This document shows, piece after piece, positions 49,283 to 58,390 of a stretch of DNA of 64,000 nucleotides. The notes beneath the pieces were generated by a model. It worked only from the letters and a program-made list of their open reading frames with translations, searched no databases and was not told the origin of the DNA. Origin of the DNA: an uncultured Gemmatimonadaceae bacterium (GTDB lineage: Bacteria; Gemmatimonadota; Gemmatimonadetes; Gemmatimonadales; Gemmatimonadaceae); assembly GCA_963781585.1 (NCBI GenBank), contig CAWAGQ010000010.1:32001-96000 (forward strand). The letters are read 5' to 3'. The position numbers and the translations under genes were made by a program. The first letter of the stretch is position 1; each line of letters opens with the position of its first letter.

Positions 49283-51034
49283 ATGCCGGTGTCGCTGCGG
49301 TCCGCCCTTCTCGTCCTGCCTTCGTGCGCCGTGGTGGCGGCAGGCTGTTCGTCGCACCCGGCGCCAGCCGATCTCGTCCTCATGCACGGCCGCGTCTACA
49401 CGCTGCGCTGGGCCGAGCCGTCCCTCGACGGCACGCCATCAGCGGCCGCTCCCCACGATACCAATGGCTGGCATCCCGACGCGCAGGCGATCGCGATCCG
49501 CGGCGGTACGATTCTGTACGTGGGCGATGATGCCGGTATCGAGCCGTATCGGGGGCCGGCGACGCAGGTGGTGGATCTGGCGGGCGCCACCGCCGTGCCG
49601 GGCCTGATCGACGCCCACGTCCACCTGGCCACGCTCGGTGAGAAGCTTTCGCTGCTCGATCTGACGGGGGTGCCTGACGAGAGCGAGGCGGTGGCGCGCG
49701 TGGTGGCACGGGCTCGTGACGCAGCGCCGGGAGAGTGGATCCTCGGGACCGGATGGGACGAAGGAGCCTGGGCCAACCGATATCCCACCATGGAGCGTCT
49801 GAGCCGCAGCGTGCCGGATCATCCCGTCTACCTGCGCGGGTTGCACGGTTTCGCGGCCTGGGGGAACCGACTGGCCTTCGAGCGCGCCGGCATCGGCCGC
49901 AACACACCCAACCCGCCGGGCGGGCAGATCCTGCGGGATCCGCGCGGCAATCCCACCGGCATCGTCCTCAACAGCGCCGTCGGCCTGCTGGCCAAGGCCG
50001 TTCCACCACGCACCGCCGAGCAGATGCAGCGCGACATCCGTGCCGCACTCATCGCGATGGCGCGGGCCGGCTACGTCTCGGTGCACGAGGCCGGTGCCGA
50101 CAGCGCCGAGCTGGCGGCGTTTCAGGCGCTGGCGCAGCGGAACGAGCTCACCATCCGGGTCTACGTGATGCTGCTCGCGACCGATACCGCCCTGTTGCGA
50201 CGGTGGCTGGAGCGGGGGCCGGATACCAGCTCCGGGCGACTGATCGTGCGAGCCGTCAAGGCGTTCGCCGACGGCGCGTTAGGCTCTCGGGGCGCGCGGT
50301 TGCTCGAGGACTATGCCGACGCGCCGGGCGCGCGCGGCATTACGGGCGGCGCCTACGGCTACGACTCCGCGCTGGTGGGCGCCATGATGCGGCGCGGCTT
50401 CCAGATCGCCGTCCATGCCATCGGCGATGCCGCGAATCGCGAGACGCTCGACTTCCTGTCCGCGGCCCACGCCGACGCCCCGCGCGCGGTCGGCACCCGC
50501 AACCGAATCGAGCACGCGCAGGTGCTGAGTCCCGCCGACCTCCCCCGGTTCGCGAGCACGGGCACCATTGCCTCGATGCAGCCCTCGCACGCGGTGGAAG
50601 ACATGGGCTGGGCGGAGGCGCGGCTGGGTTCGTGGCGGATCCGCAATGCCTATGCGTGGAGGTCCCTGCGCCGCAGCGGCGCCCGTCTGGTGTTCAGTTC
50701 CGACCTGCCGGCCACCGACTACAACATCTTCTACGGCCTTCACTCAGCCATCACGCGCCAGGGGAGAGACGGACTTCCGCCGGACGGGTGGTACGTTGAT
50801 CAGCGGATGACTCCCGAGGAAGCGTTGCGCGGGTTCACCACCTGGGCCGCATACGCCGAGTTTGCCGAGGATCGCACGGGCGTGCTGGCGCCAGGACGAA
50901 CCGCCGACCTGACGGTCATGAGTCTCGATCCGCTGGTGACCGGCACCTCCGATCCCCAGGCCCTGCTGCGAGGGAACATCGTGCTGACCGTGGCTGGCGG
51001 ACGGGTGGTGTACGCGGCAGGCGTCACGCAGTAG
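49283..51034 (+). CDS. Amidohydrolase family 3 (YtcJ-like), probable lipoprotein
   Basis: Motifs PGLIDAHVH, KAFADGALGSR, HAIGD, RIEHAQ, SMQPSH, FSSD; VAAG-C lipobox. Confidence 0.9.
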   Translation: MPVSLRSALLVLPSCAVVAAGCSSHPAPADLVLMHGRVYTLRWAEPSLDGTPSAAAPHDTNGWHPDAQAIAIRGGTILYVGDDAGIEPYRGPATQVVDLAGATAVPGLIDAHVHLATLGEKLSLLDLTGVPDESEAVARVVARARDAAPGEWILGTGWDEGAWANRYPTMERLSRSVPDHPVYLRGLHGFAAWGNRLAFERAGIGRNTPNPPGGQILRDPRGNPTGIVLNSAVGLLAKAVPPRTAEQMQRDIRAALIAMARAGYVSVHEAGADSAELAAFQALAQRNELTIRVYVMLLATDTALLRRWLERGPDTSSGRLIVRAVKAFADGALGSRGARLLEDYADAPGARGITGGAYGYDSALVGAMMRRGFQIAVHAIGDAANRETLDFLSAAHADAPRAVGTRNRIEHAQVLSPADLPRFASTGTIASMQPSHAVEDMGWAEARLGSWRIRNAYAWRSLRRSGARLVFSSDLPATDYNIFYGLHSAITRQGRDGLPPDGWYVDQRMTPEEALRGFTTWAAYAEFAEDRTGVLAPGRTADLTVMSLDPLVTGTSDPQALLRGNIVLTVAGGRVVYAAGVTQ

Positions 51035-51037
51035 TGC

Positions 51038-51077
51038 GCACCAGGCGGCCGGTCGCATGCGACCGGCCGCCTGGTGC
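51038..51077. terminator. Perfect 40-bp palindrome between convergent genes
   Basis: GCACCAGGCGGCCGGTCGCA|TGCGACCGGCCGCCTGGTGC. Confidence 0.8.
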
Positions 51078-51103
51078 CTCCTCCTCCTCCTCACCGATGC
51101 CGG

Positions 51104-53728
51104 CTATTCCTCTGCCGCGCCGGCCTTTCCCTTCAGGGCGTCCGCGATGCGATGGCGCAGGTCGGCGACGTGCGCCCGCGTCATCTTGTCGCCCTTGTTC
51201 TCCGCGGCCTTGAGGTCGGCGTCGAGCTCACGCAGCTCATTCCGCACCGCGGCGTTGATGTCGGTGAGTTTGACATCGAGCTGCGGCGGGCCGCCGGCGC
51301 GGCCACCCCCGCCTCCACGTCCACCCGCCGCGGCTGCGGGCGCCGCCGGCGGATTGAGCTTCGTGTTCAGATTCTCCACGTAGGCTCGCTGCAACGCCCG
51401 TCGATAGACGTCGATGTTCTGGCCCTTCCCCAGCTCGGTGAAAATGCCGTGGCGAACGTCGCTCAGCAATTCGGGGATGCTGTATCCTTCCCCCGGTTCC
51501 GCCAGCGCCTCGTACTCGCTCAGTCGAATCAGTCGGTTGTTCTGCAGCACCGAATTGAGCAGCGAGGACTGCGCGCTGACCACACGCGCCACTTCGCCGA
51601 AGGGCTCGATGCGCTTGGTGATGTTCTCGTCCAGGAAGAAGGTCGGCGTCTGGAACGCGTTTTCGTTGAGGAAGTGGACGGCGGCCTGCTGGCGTGCCTT
51701 GCTGAGGGGCACGAAGCGGACTCCGGTCTGGCTTCCGTACTTCTCCTGCGATTCCGCGCCTCCCACGACATTCGCGACGTGGCCCAGTTCGGTGCGCCAC
51801 TGTCCGATCATCCGGCCGTACAGGTCGCCCAGATCGTCGTACCCCTCGGTCGGCTTGACCGTCGCGGGAATGAGATACGCCATCTCTCGCTTGAGATTCC
51901 TGATGCCGAGGCCTGTGGCCTTCACCGGATCCTGGTCGCCCACCGCCTCGGTCTCATCTCCCGGGTCGCTTCCCGCCTGCCCCGACGTGGAGAAGCGCAA
52001 CCACGGCTTGGTGTCCTGCTCACGCGCCCAGGTGTCGAGCGTCACGCGCTCCTGATCGGCCGAGTGCGCCGTCGGAATCGGCTTGTAGCCCCACATGGTT
52101 GCCCAGATGTCGTACGGTCCAATGCCCGGCACGAGCAGGTCGACCGGCACGTGGTCTTCCGGCTGTATCAGGTAGTTGAACCGCGAGTAGTCCATGATGG
52201 TGGGCGTGTGCTGGTATTTCCGGAGGAACGACACACTGCGAAGCGAGTCGGTCGGATACTCGGAGCTGGCCTTCATGTTGTGCTGGAAGCCCAGCGTGTG
52301 CCCCACCTCGTGGGCGAGCACGAATTCCAGCAGCCGGCCCATCAGGGAATCCGGATACGGGAAGGTGCGAGCCCGGGGATCGTTGGCCGATGCCTGCGTG
52401 AAGTACCAGCCCAGCTGAAGCCGCTGCACGTTCTGGTAGAACTGGATGTGCGCGTTGAGAATCTCCCCCGAGCGCGGGTCGTGGACGTTGGGACCCGACG
52501 CGTTCTCGGTCGTCGACGGGAGCCAGCGCACCACCGAGTACCGCGCGTCTTCCGGCGACCAGTCCGGATCGTTAGGCGCGTCGCGAGCCACGATCGCGTG
52601 GCTGAATCCCGCCGCCTCGAACGCCGGCTGCCAGTCTTCGATCGCCTTCTTGAACCACGGCACCCACTTCCTGGGCGTGGCCGGATCGATGTAGTACACG
52701 ATCGGCTTCACCGGATCTGAGACGGCGGCCGTGGGATCCTTCTTCTCCAGGCGGTAGCGGGTGATGAAGCACTTCTCGTTCACGCGATCGTTCGTGTCGG
52801 TATAGTCGGTCGCCCGCACCGAGAAGTAGCCCACCCGATTGTCGCAATAGCGGGGCATCATCGGCACGTCGGGAAGCCGATGGAAGCTCCAGCTCATCAC
52901 GATCGTATTGGATGGGTTGGTGTTGGTGGCGCCGCCACGACCACCTGGCGGTGCGCCTCCCCCCGCGCCGCCCCGCCCACCGGCGTTCTGCTGGGCGAAG
53001 GTGAGCGTGGAATAGACGTTCACGTTGTCGGGAAATGGTGTCGCGCTTTCGATCCACGACCGCGCGGCATCGACGTTGCCGGGGATGCGGCTGCCGGGTC
53101 CCAGCTCGGTGGGCGGCTGGGTGAACAGCCGTGAGACGTCGATGACCATCGAGCTGTCGGGCCCGAACGCCTCCACGTTGAACGACGCGACGATCGGATG
53201 GACATTCGCATCCCGCACCGCCCGATACTCGGGAACCGCCGTGTCCACGAGGGCCTCGTACGACACGCTGCGAAGGTAGACCCGGTTGTCCCGCCGCTCC
53301 CACCGGTACACGCGGTTGCTTACCGCCTGCCCGCCGTAGCCGCTCCCCAGCACGGTCCGCGCGATCTCCGTGACCAGCAGCTCGTCCTTGTCGAGCTGCG
53401 ACGCGGGAATCTCGAACAACACGCGCGATCCGATGTGGTGCACGGTGAACATGCCGCTGCGTGACTTCGCTTCAGCCGTCACCACGCGACGATACGGCTG
53501 CGGATTCGGCTCGGCAGTCGCGCCCTGCGCGCCGCCCTGGGCGCCACGCCCGCCGCGCCCTCCGCCTCCCCCGCCAGCTGGCTCCGGCGCTCCGGTGTCG
53601 GTGCGAGGAGTGGGAACCGTGTTCCCGCGTCCGCTCGGTTGCGGGGCGGGCGCCGGAGCCGGTGCCGGCTTCGAGCAGGCGCCGAGAAGGAGCACGGCGA
53701 TGGCGTGACGCAGATGGAGTCGTCGCAT
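51104..53728 (-). CDS. Zinc-dependent metalloprotease lipoprotein (DUF5117/DUF4953, EcxA-like metzincin)
   Basis: Lipobox LLGA-C; HEVGHTLGFQH zinc motif; Met-turn TIMDY; DPRSGEIL; PVKPIVYYID. Start at ATG 53728. Confidence 0.9.
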   Translation of the reverse strand: MRRLHLRHAIAVLLLGACSKPAPAPAPAPQPSGRGNTVPTPRTDTGAPEPAGGGGGGRGGRGAQGGAQGATAEPNPQPYRRVVTAEAKSRSGMFTVHHIGSRVLFEIPASQLDKDELLVTEIARTVLGSGYGGQAVSNRVYRWERRDNRVYLRSVSYEALVDTAVPEYRAVRDANVHPIVASFNVEAFGPDSSMVIDVSRLFTQPPTELGPGSRIPGNVDAARSWIESATPFPDNVNVYSTLTFAQQNAGGRGGAGGGAPPGGRGGATNTNPSNTIVMSWSFHRLPDVPMMPRYCDNRVGYFSVRATDYTDTNDRVNEKCFITRYRLEKKDPTAAVSDPVKPIVYYIDPATPRKWVPWFKKAIEDWQPAFEAAGFSHAIVARDAPNDPDWSPEDARYSVVRWLPSTTENASGPNVHDPRSGEILNAHIQFYQNVQRLQLGWYFTQASANDPRARTFPYPDSLMGRLLEFVLAHEVGHTLGFQHNMKASSEYPTDSLRSVSFLRKYQHTPTIMDYSRFNYLIQPEDHVPVDLLVPGIGPYDIWATMWGYKPIPTAHSADQERVTLDTWAREQDTKPWLRFSTSGQAGSDPGDETEAVGDQDPVKATGLGIRNLKREMAYLIPATVKPTEGYDDLGDLYGRMIGQWRTELGHVANVVGGAESQEKYGSQTGVRFVPLSKARQQAAVHFLNENAFQTPTFFLDENITKRIEPFGEVARVVSAQSSLLNSVLQNNRLIRLSEYEALAEPGEGYSIPELLSDVRHGIFTELGKGQNIDVYRRALQRAYVENLNTKLNPPAAPAAAAGGRGGGGGRAGGPPQLDVKLTDINAAVRNELRELDADLKAAENKGDKMTRAHVADLRHRIADALKGKAGAAEE

Positions 53729-53862
53729 GGTCGGAAGCGAAAGGGTCGAGGGCAACGAACGCAGCCGTACAATCGTGTCGCCAGAATGCCGCTTCGTCAA
53801 TTCATCCCTGTCCCGCGCGGTGGGCCGCGCCGATGGTCCGGGGGGCTCATTAGATTCGCAAA

Positions 53863-54645
53863 ATGCCACCCCTGAACCGACTCGCCCGGGATAAGCTGGG
53901 CCTGCTGCTCAGCTCGGCGGTCCTCCTTGTGCCGGTCCTGGCGGCCCGGGCCCAGGACCGGGCGTGGCGCACCACCGTCGAGGCGGGCGCGAACCTGCTG
54001 TTCGGTTCGGCGCAGGGACGTGTTGTCTCCGGAACCGTCGGGACCTCGCATGCCGACAGCACGCTCGAGCTGCGCTGGGACGTGAGCCTCACCTATGCGG
54101 ACTCGCGCGACAACGATGGCCGCCGCCGCGTGACGGCGCGTTCGTGGCGTACGACGGCGGGAGCGGACTACCTCCCGCAAGGGCGGTGGAGCCCGTTCTG
54201 GTTCGGGAGTGCCGAAGCCAACTATCAACAGAGGATCGCCCGGCGCTACGGCAACGGCGTGGGCGGCAAGCTGACCCTTCGGCGCTGGGGCGAACATGAC
54301 GACCTCAGCGTGAGTCTCGCGACGTTGTGGGAGCACACGAACGTTCTGCATCCCGACCCTGCGACGGCGCCGGTTTCCACCCGGGTGCGCTGGTCGCTGC
54401 GGTTCCGGTTCCGGAAGCAGCTGGGCCCCAGCGTGCACGTTTCGCAGGTGACGTTCTACCAGCCGGCGGTGGATGCGTTAGGCACGTATACCGCCGACTT
54501 CAACACCGTGCTGGCGGTCAACGTCACGACGGCAGTGGCGCTGACGGTGACCCTCCGGGACCGGTACGACAGCGAGGCGCGCAGTCGAGGGGCGTCAAGC
54601 AACAACGACGGCCAGTTCCTGTTCGGGGTGAAGGCGGGGTTCTGA
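53863..54645 (+). CDS. DUF481-like outer-membrane beta-barrel protein
   Basis: Signal peptide, alternating beta-strand pattern, C-terminal Phe (FGVKAGF). Confidence 0.72.
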   Translation: MPPLNRLARDKLGLLLSSAVLLVPVLAARAQDRAWRTTVEAGANLLFGSAQGRVVSGTVGTSHADSTLELRWDVSLTYADSRDNDGRRRVTARSWRTTAGADYLPQGRWSPFWFGSAEANYQQRIARRYGNGVGGKLTLRRWGEHDDLSVSLATLWEHTNVLHPDPATAPVSTRVRWSLRFRFRKQLGPSVHVSQVTFYQPAVDALGTYTADFNTVLAVNVTTAVALTVTLRDRYDSEARSRGASSNNDGQFLFGVKAGF

Positions 54646-54750
54646 CGAACGGGGCAGCTGGCAGCACTCAGCCACCACCTTTCAGCGAACGGCTCCTCAG
54701 CCAACCGCCACCAGCTTCCCTGGTGGCTGATCGCCGAACGCTGTTCCTGA

Positions 54751-55509
54751 TCATTCGGGCGCCGGGGACCCCGGGGCCCGCTCGGCGTCGCGAAACCGCG
54801 GGTTACCGTGCCGGAAATCCTCCGGCCGCGCCACCTTGCGATTGATCCATTCGATCACGGCGGCGAACCCCAGGCTCTCGGGGTCGTGCCGCAGGTAGCC
54901 CGGCACCACGTCGAGCACGCGAAACCCGCGGTGGAGCTGAAAGGTCAGCGTGGGATCGGTCAGTTCTCCGCGGATTACGTGCTCGACATAGTCGGCGGCG
55001 CTCATCGCCGCGGCCTGGCGGTGATAGCCACGCAGACGCGATCCCGCACGGATCCGCAGCAGGCCGAGACGCTGGATCAGGCGACGTCGTGATTCGTAGA
55101 GCAGGCTGCCCACGCCGTGCCCCTGCATCGAGGGATCGACCATGACTTCGGCGCCGTACAGGGTGCGCCCCTGCACCGGATCATGATTGGTGAACATCCC
55201 ATGGTCGGTGAAGTCCCGCCAGCTGGTGGCGACCTCGTAGTCGTCCCAGAGCACGATCAGGCTGGCGGCCATCCCGGCCACGCGGCCCGACTTCGCCTCC
55301 ACGGCAACGAACTGCCCGTCCGGGAACACCGCCAGGTGGGAGGCGAGCTGCGCTTCACTCCAGGGCGGCGACGTCGGGTAGACGTGGGCGGTGACCGCCA
55401 CGATGCCGGCGAAATCGGCCGGAGTCGTTAGGCGCACGAAATACTCTCCGCGCCGGCCGGCCACCGGGGCACCGCTCACCGGCAGGCCACCGCGTCTGTC
55501 ACCAGGCAC
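54751..55509 (-). CDS. GNAT-family N-acetyltransferase
   Basis: Motifs FPDGQFVA, LYGAEVMVDP..QGHGVGS.LY, DPTLTFQL..GF. Start is uncertain. Confidence 0.85.
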   Translation of the reverse strand: MPGDRRGGLPVSGAPVAGRRGEYFVRLTTPADFAGIVAVTAHVYPTSPPWSEAQLASHLAVFPDGQFVAVEAKSGRVAGMAASLIVLWDDYEVATSWRDFTDHGMFTNHDPVQGRTLYGAEVMVDPSMQGHGVGSLLYESRRRLIQRLGLLRIRAGSRLRGYHRQAAAMSAADYVEHVIRGELTDPTLTFQLHRGFRVLDVVPGYLRHDPESLGFAAVIEWINRKVARPEDFRHGNPRFRDAERAPGSPAPE

Positions 55510-55831
55510 TCATCGAACGGGAGATTCTCCATGCGCGCGCTCGCGAATCGTGGATGGTCGGTGAATTGCCCGGTCCCATTACCGTCCCGCACTTCGCGGC
55601 GTGACGCGGCCCGTCCCTCAGCGGCCGCCCGCCCCAGGACGCTGGTCCGTCCCCCGTACGGAGGCCCCTGGCATACGCCGTTTTCGAACCGAATTCATCC
55701 CGCCCGGTGGCGGCGGTGTCCTGCCGTGGAGCGCCGGGCGCCGACCCACCAGGCCGCGCACCGGTATCTTCCCCCGGGGAGAAGATCGTGGCGCGACGCA
55801 GACCCCCACCCCGGTTGAACGCCCGCGATGC

Positions 55832-56839
55832 CTAACGTTCGAGATCCAGCCGCCCGATGCGCTGAATCCCGCTCTCGGCGAGCCAGATCCGATGATTCTT
55901 CGGATCGGAATACACGTTGCGAACCACCGAACCCCGGGTGGGAATCTTGACCGTCACCATCTGCTCCGTCTTCGGATCGAATCCCACCATGTTACCGGGA
56001 CCGGACTCGTTGTACCAGATGCGCCCGTCGCTGCCGATCGCGATCCCGTACGGCGCCGACCGGGCCCCCGACGGAGAGGCCCACTCCCGTACCTGGCCGG
56101 TCTTCGGATCGAGTCGGCCGAGAAAGCCGCGCGCGTAATCGGAATACCAGACCATGCCGTCGCTCGTAACCTCAAGCCGGCGTGGTCGCGCGCTGCTCTC
56201 GGGCAACACGAACTCCCGGATTGCGCCGCTTACCGGATCAACCCGACCGAGCTTGTTGGTCCCGAACAACGCGATCCAGAGCATGCCGTCGGGCGCACGC
56301 CGAAGGCCGTACGGCAGCGAGCGTGGCGTGGGACAGTCGAACGTGCGCACATTCCCGGTGGCCGGATCGAGCTCGCCGTACGCATTGTTGGTCTGCGCCG
56401 TGAACCAGATCTTGTTCCCCACCGCCAGTGGCGTATGCGGAGCGTTGACCGCGGCGGGGAGCTTGAACTCGGTGATCTTCATCGTCCGCGGATCGAGCCG
56501 GCCGATGACGCCCGCACGCTGGCCGGTGTACCAGACCATTCCGTTCGCGTCTGGGACAATGCCGTGTGGTCCGGAGGCCGGCGTCGGTGTCGCGACATCC
56601 GTGAAAGCACCCGTCGCCGGATCCAACCGACCGATGAAGCTGTTGTTCTGGTCGGTATACCAAACCACCCCGTCCGGGGTCATCGCCGGATCGTGCGGGA
56701 ACGCCCCCGCGCGCGGGATCTCGAACTCGACAATCGAGGGCGCGACGCTCGGGACGGAGCGTGGCGCGTGCGCCGCGCCAGGCAACGACACGGTCGCGAT
56801 CGACGCCGCACACGTGGCGGCAAGGAGTCGACGAAACAT
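55832..56839 (-). CDS. Virginiamycin B lyase (Vgb)-like secreted beta-propeller
   Basis: Repeats P...GPHGI..D..G.VWYT....IGRLDP.TG...EF; signal peptide; AGGAGGT RBS. Confidence 0.85.
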   Translation of the reverse strand: MFRRLLAATCAASIATVSLPGAAHAPRSVPSVAPSIVEFEIPRAGAFPHDPAMTPDGVVWYTDQNNSFIGRLDPATGAFTDVATPTPASGPHGIVPDANGMVWYTGQRAGVIGRLDPRTMKITEFKLPAAVNAPHTPLAVGNKIWFTAQTNNAYGELDPATGNVRTFDCPTPRSLPYGLRRAPDGMLWIALFGTNKLGRVDPVSGAIREFVLPESSARPRRLEVTSDGMVWYSDYARGFLGRLDPKTGQVREWASPSGARSAPYGIAIGSDGRIWYNESGPGNMVGFDPKTEQMVTVKIPTRGSVVRNVYSDPKNHRIWLAESGIQRIGRLDLER

Positions 56840-56940
56840 GGATCCACCTCCTGGAGAGCGACTGCCTCTGATGGTTCCTGTGGATGATACTAGACCGGCG
56901 CTCCCTCGTCTGCCCGTCTCCGCCGCCGCACTGATTGGGC

Positions 56941-57636
56941 TTAGTCCACTGCCGCCGACCGGTGAGTCGCCGGATCTGACGTCGCCAGCGCTGCCATGAA
57001 GCGCCGCGCGCGTTCGGCGCCGGGGCCCGGAGAACGCGGACCAGGCGCGTTGGGCACCGGAGCCACATCGAGCACGGCGAAGGTCGGACCGGGTGCGTCC
57101 AGGATCGCACGCACGTCGCGTTTCCAGGCCGCCAGGTCGTCAACGCGAAGCGTCGAGCGAAACCGGCAAGCCTGTGCGATCGCGACAAAATCGATGTCTC
57201 GTCCATCCTGTCTGCCGGACGCCGCCCCTGGGGTTGGCTGCGATCCCGTGATTTCGTAGACACCGTTGTCGAACACGAGTACCACAAGGTTGCCGGGTGC
57301 CGCGGCCGGAATGGACACCAGTGAGCCGAGGTTCATGAGCATCGACCCGTCGCCGTTGCAAACGATGACCTTGCGGTCCGGACGCGCGAGGGCCAGCCCC
57401 AGACCCAGTGAGGTCGCGTGCCCCATGCTCGAGGGCACGTAGACGAGATCCAGCGGACCCGCACCCAGCCCTATCCACTCCCGGGCGACCCCCATTGCCG
57501 TTACCACGATCTCGTCGTGGTATCGCGCAGTGTGCAGAAGGCGTACCACCTCGGACAGGGGCATGCGCGACCGTGTCCGGCGCGACTCGGGCGAGTTGCG
57601 TCCGGGTGTGGCTCGACTGCCGGCGGATCCGGTCAT
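56941..57636 (-). CDS. TPP-dependent decarboxylase beta subunit (sulfopyruvate/phosphonopyruvate decarboxylase-like)
   Basis: SSMGHATSLGLGLAL; TPP motif GDGSMLMN...DNGVYEITGSQ. ATG overlaps the alpha-subunit stop. Confidence 0.82.
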   Translation of the reverse strand: MTGSAGSRATPGRNSPESRRTRSRMPLSEVVRLLHTARYHDEIVVTAMGVAREWIGLGAGPLDLVYVPSSMGHATSLGLGLALARPDRKVIVCNGDGSMLMNLGSLVSIPAAAPGNLVVLVFDNGVYEITGSQPTPGAASGRQDGRDIDFVAIAQACRFRSTLRVDDLAAWKRDVRAILDAPGPTFAVLDVAPVPNAPGPRSPGPGAERARRFMAALATSDPATHRSAAVD

Positions 57637-58121
57637 GCCTTGCCCTCGGCGATGAGCGCTGCGCCGGGAATGACGGCGGCGCGGCAATGCCGAACGTGCT
57701 GCACGATCGCGGGGAGTTGATCGGGCGACGTGATGAGCCGATAGTCGATTTCCCAGGCCCGAAGGATCGGCTCGGTGAACACCAGGCACGTGTCGCCAGG
57801 CAGCGTTTCCTGATTGAGATAGCTCCGGTATCCGATGAGGCTGAACAGCGGCAGTTTCCAGTCGTGCAGAATGTTCCGGAGCGCGTCACCGGACTCGAAG
57901 AGCCCGGTGCACTGAATCATCACGAGCGGCATCGCGCCGCCCAGATACAGCCCTGCCGCCACGCCCCACGCCTCGCCTTCGCGGCAGACGCGGACCAGCC
58001 GGGTGGTCCCGGTCCCTTCGATCGCCTGTTCCCACCGTCCGATCGTGCTGTCCGGCACCGTCACCACGTGCGTGACGCCTAACGACGTTACCAGCGAAGC
58101 GATTTGGGGGCCGGAGAACAT
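57633..58121 (-). CDS. TPP-dependent decarboxylase alpha subunit (ComD-like)
   Basis: Motifs VVTVPDS, REGEAWGVAAGLYLGG, IQCTGL, LIGYR, TEPIL. Confidence 0.82.
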   Translation of the reverse strand: MFSGPQIASLVTSLGVTHVVTVPDSTIGRWEQAIEGTGTTRLVRVCREGEAWGVAAGLYLGGAMPLVMIQCTGLFESGDALRNILHDWKLPLFSLIGYRSYLNQETLPGDTCLVFTEPILRAWEIDYRLITSPDQLPAIVQHVRHCRAAVIPGAALIAEGKA

Positions 58122-58390
58122 GGTGGTGGAAGGCCGGCGGTCGGTGACGGGCTGTCCTCGAGGATCCGGATATTAGGCAGGAGTGGTGTACGCGGCCAAA
58201 CCGGACGCGCTCGCGAGCGCCGAACCTGCAATTCCCTCGATGGCCACCTCAGGGAATGCCTGACACGACCATCAGAAATGTGAGATGTGGGCACGAGCGG
58301 AGAAGCCGGCGAGGCGTGACCGGGAGCCGACCTCTGCAGTCAATATGGGCCGGGACTCTAAATCCACCGCACGAGGGAAGATACCCGCAC

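Noticed and set aside
55832..56839. Bona fide streptogramin-resistance gene
   Set aside because: Only fold-level Vgb similarity; it has a signal peptide, and such propellers are widespread, so resistance is not supportable.
58122..58390. c-di-GMP riboswitch upstream of the GGDEF-EAL gene
   Set aside because: GGCCAAACC is present, but I could not find the GNRA-capped P2 or the GACGCAAAGC core. An Infernal/Rfam scan would settle it.
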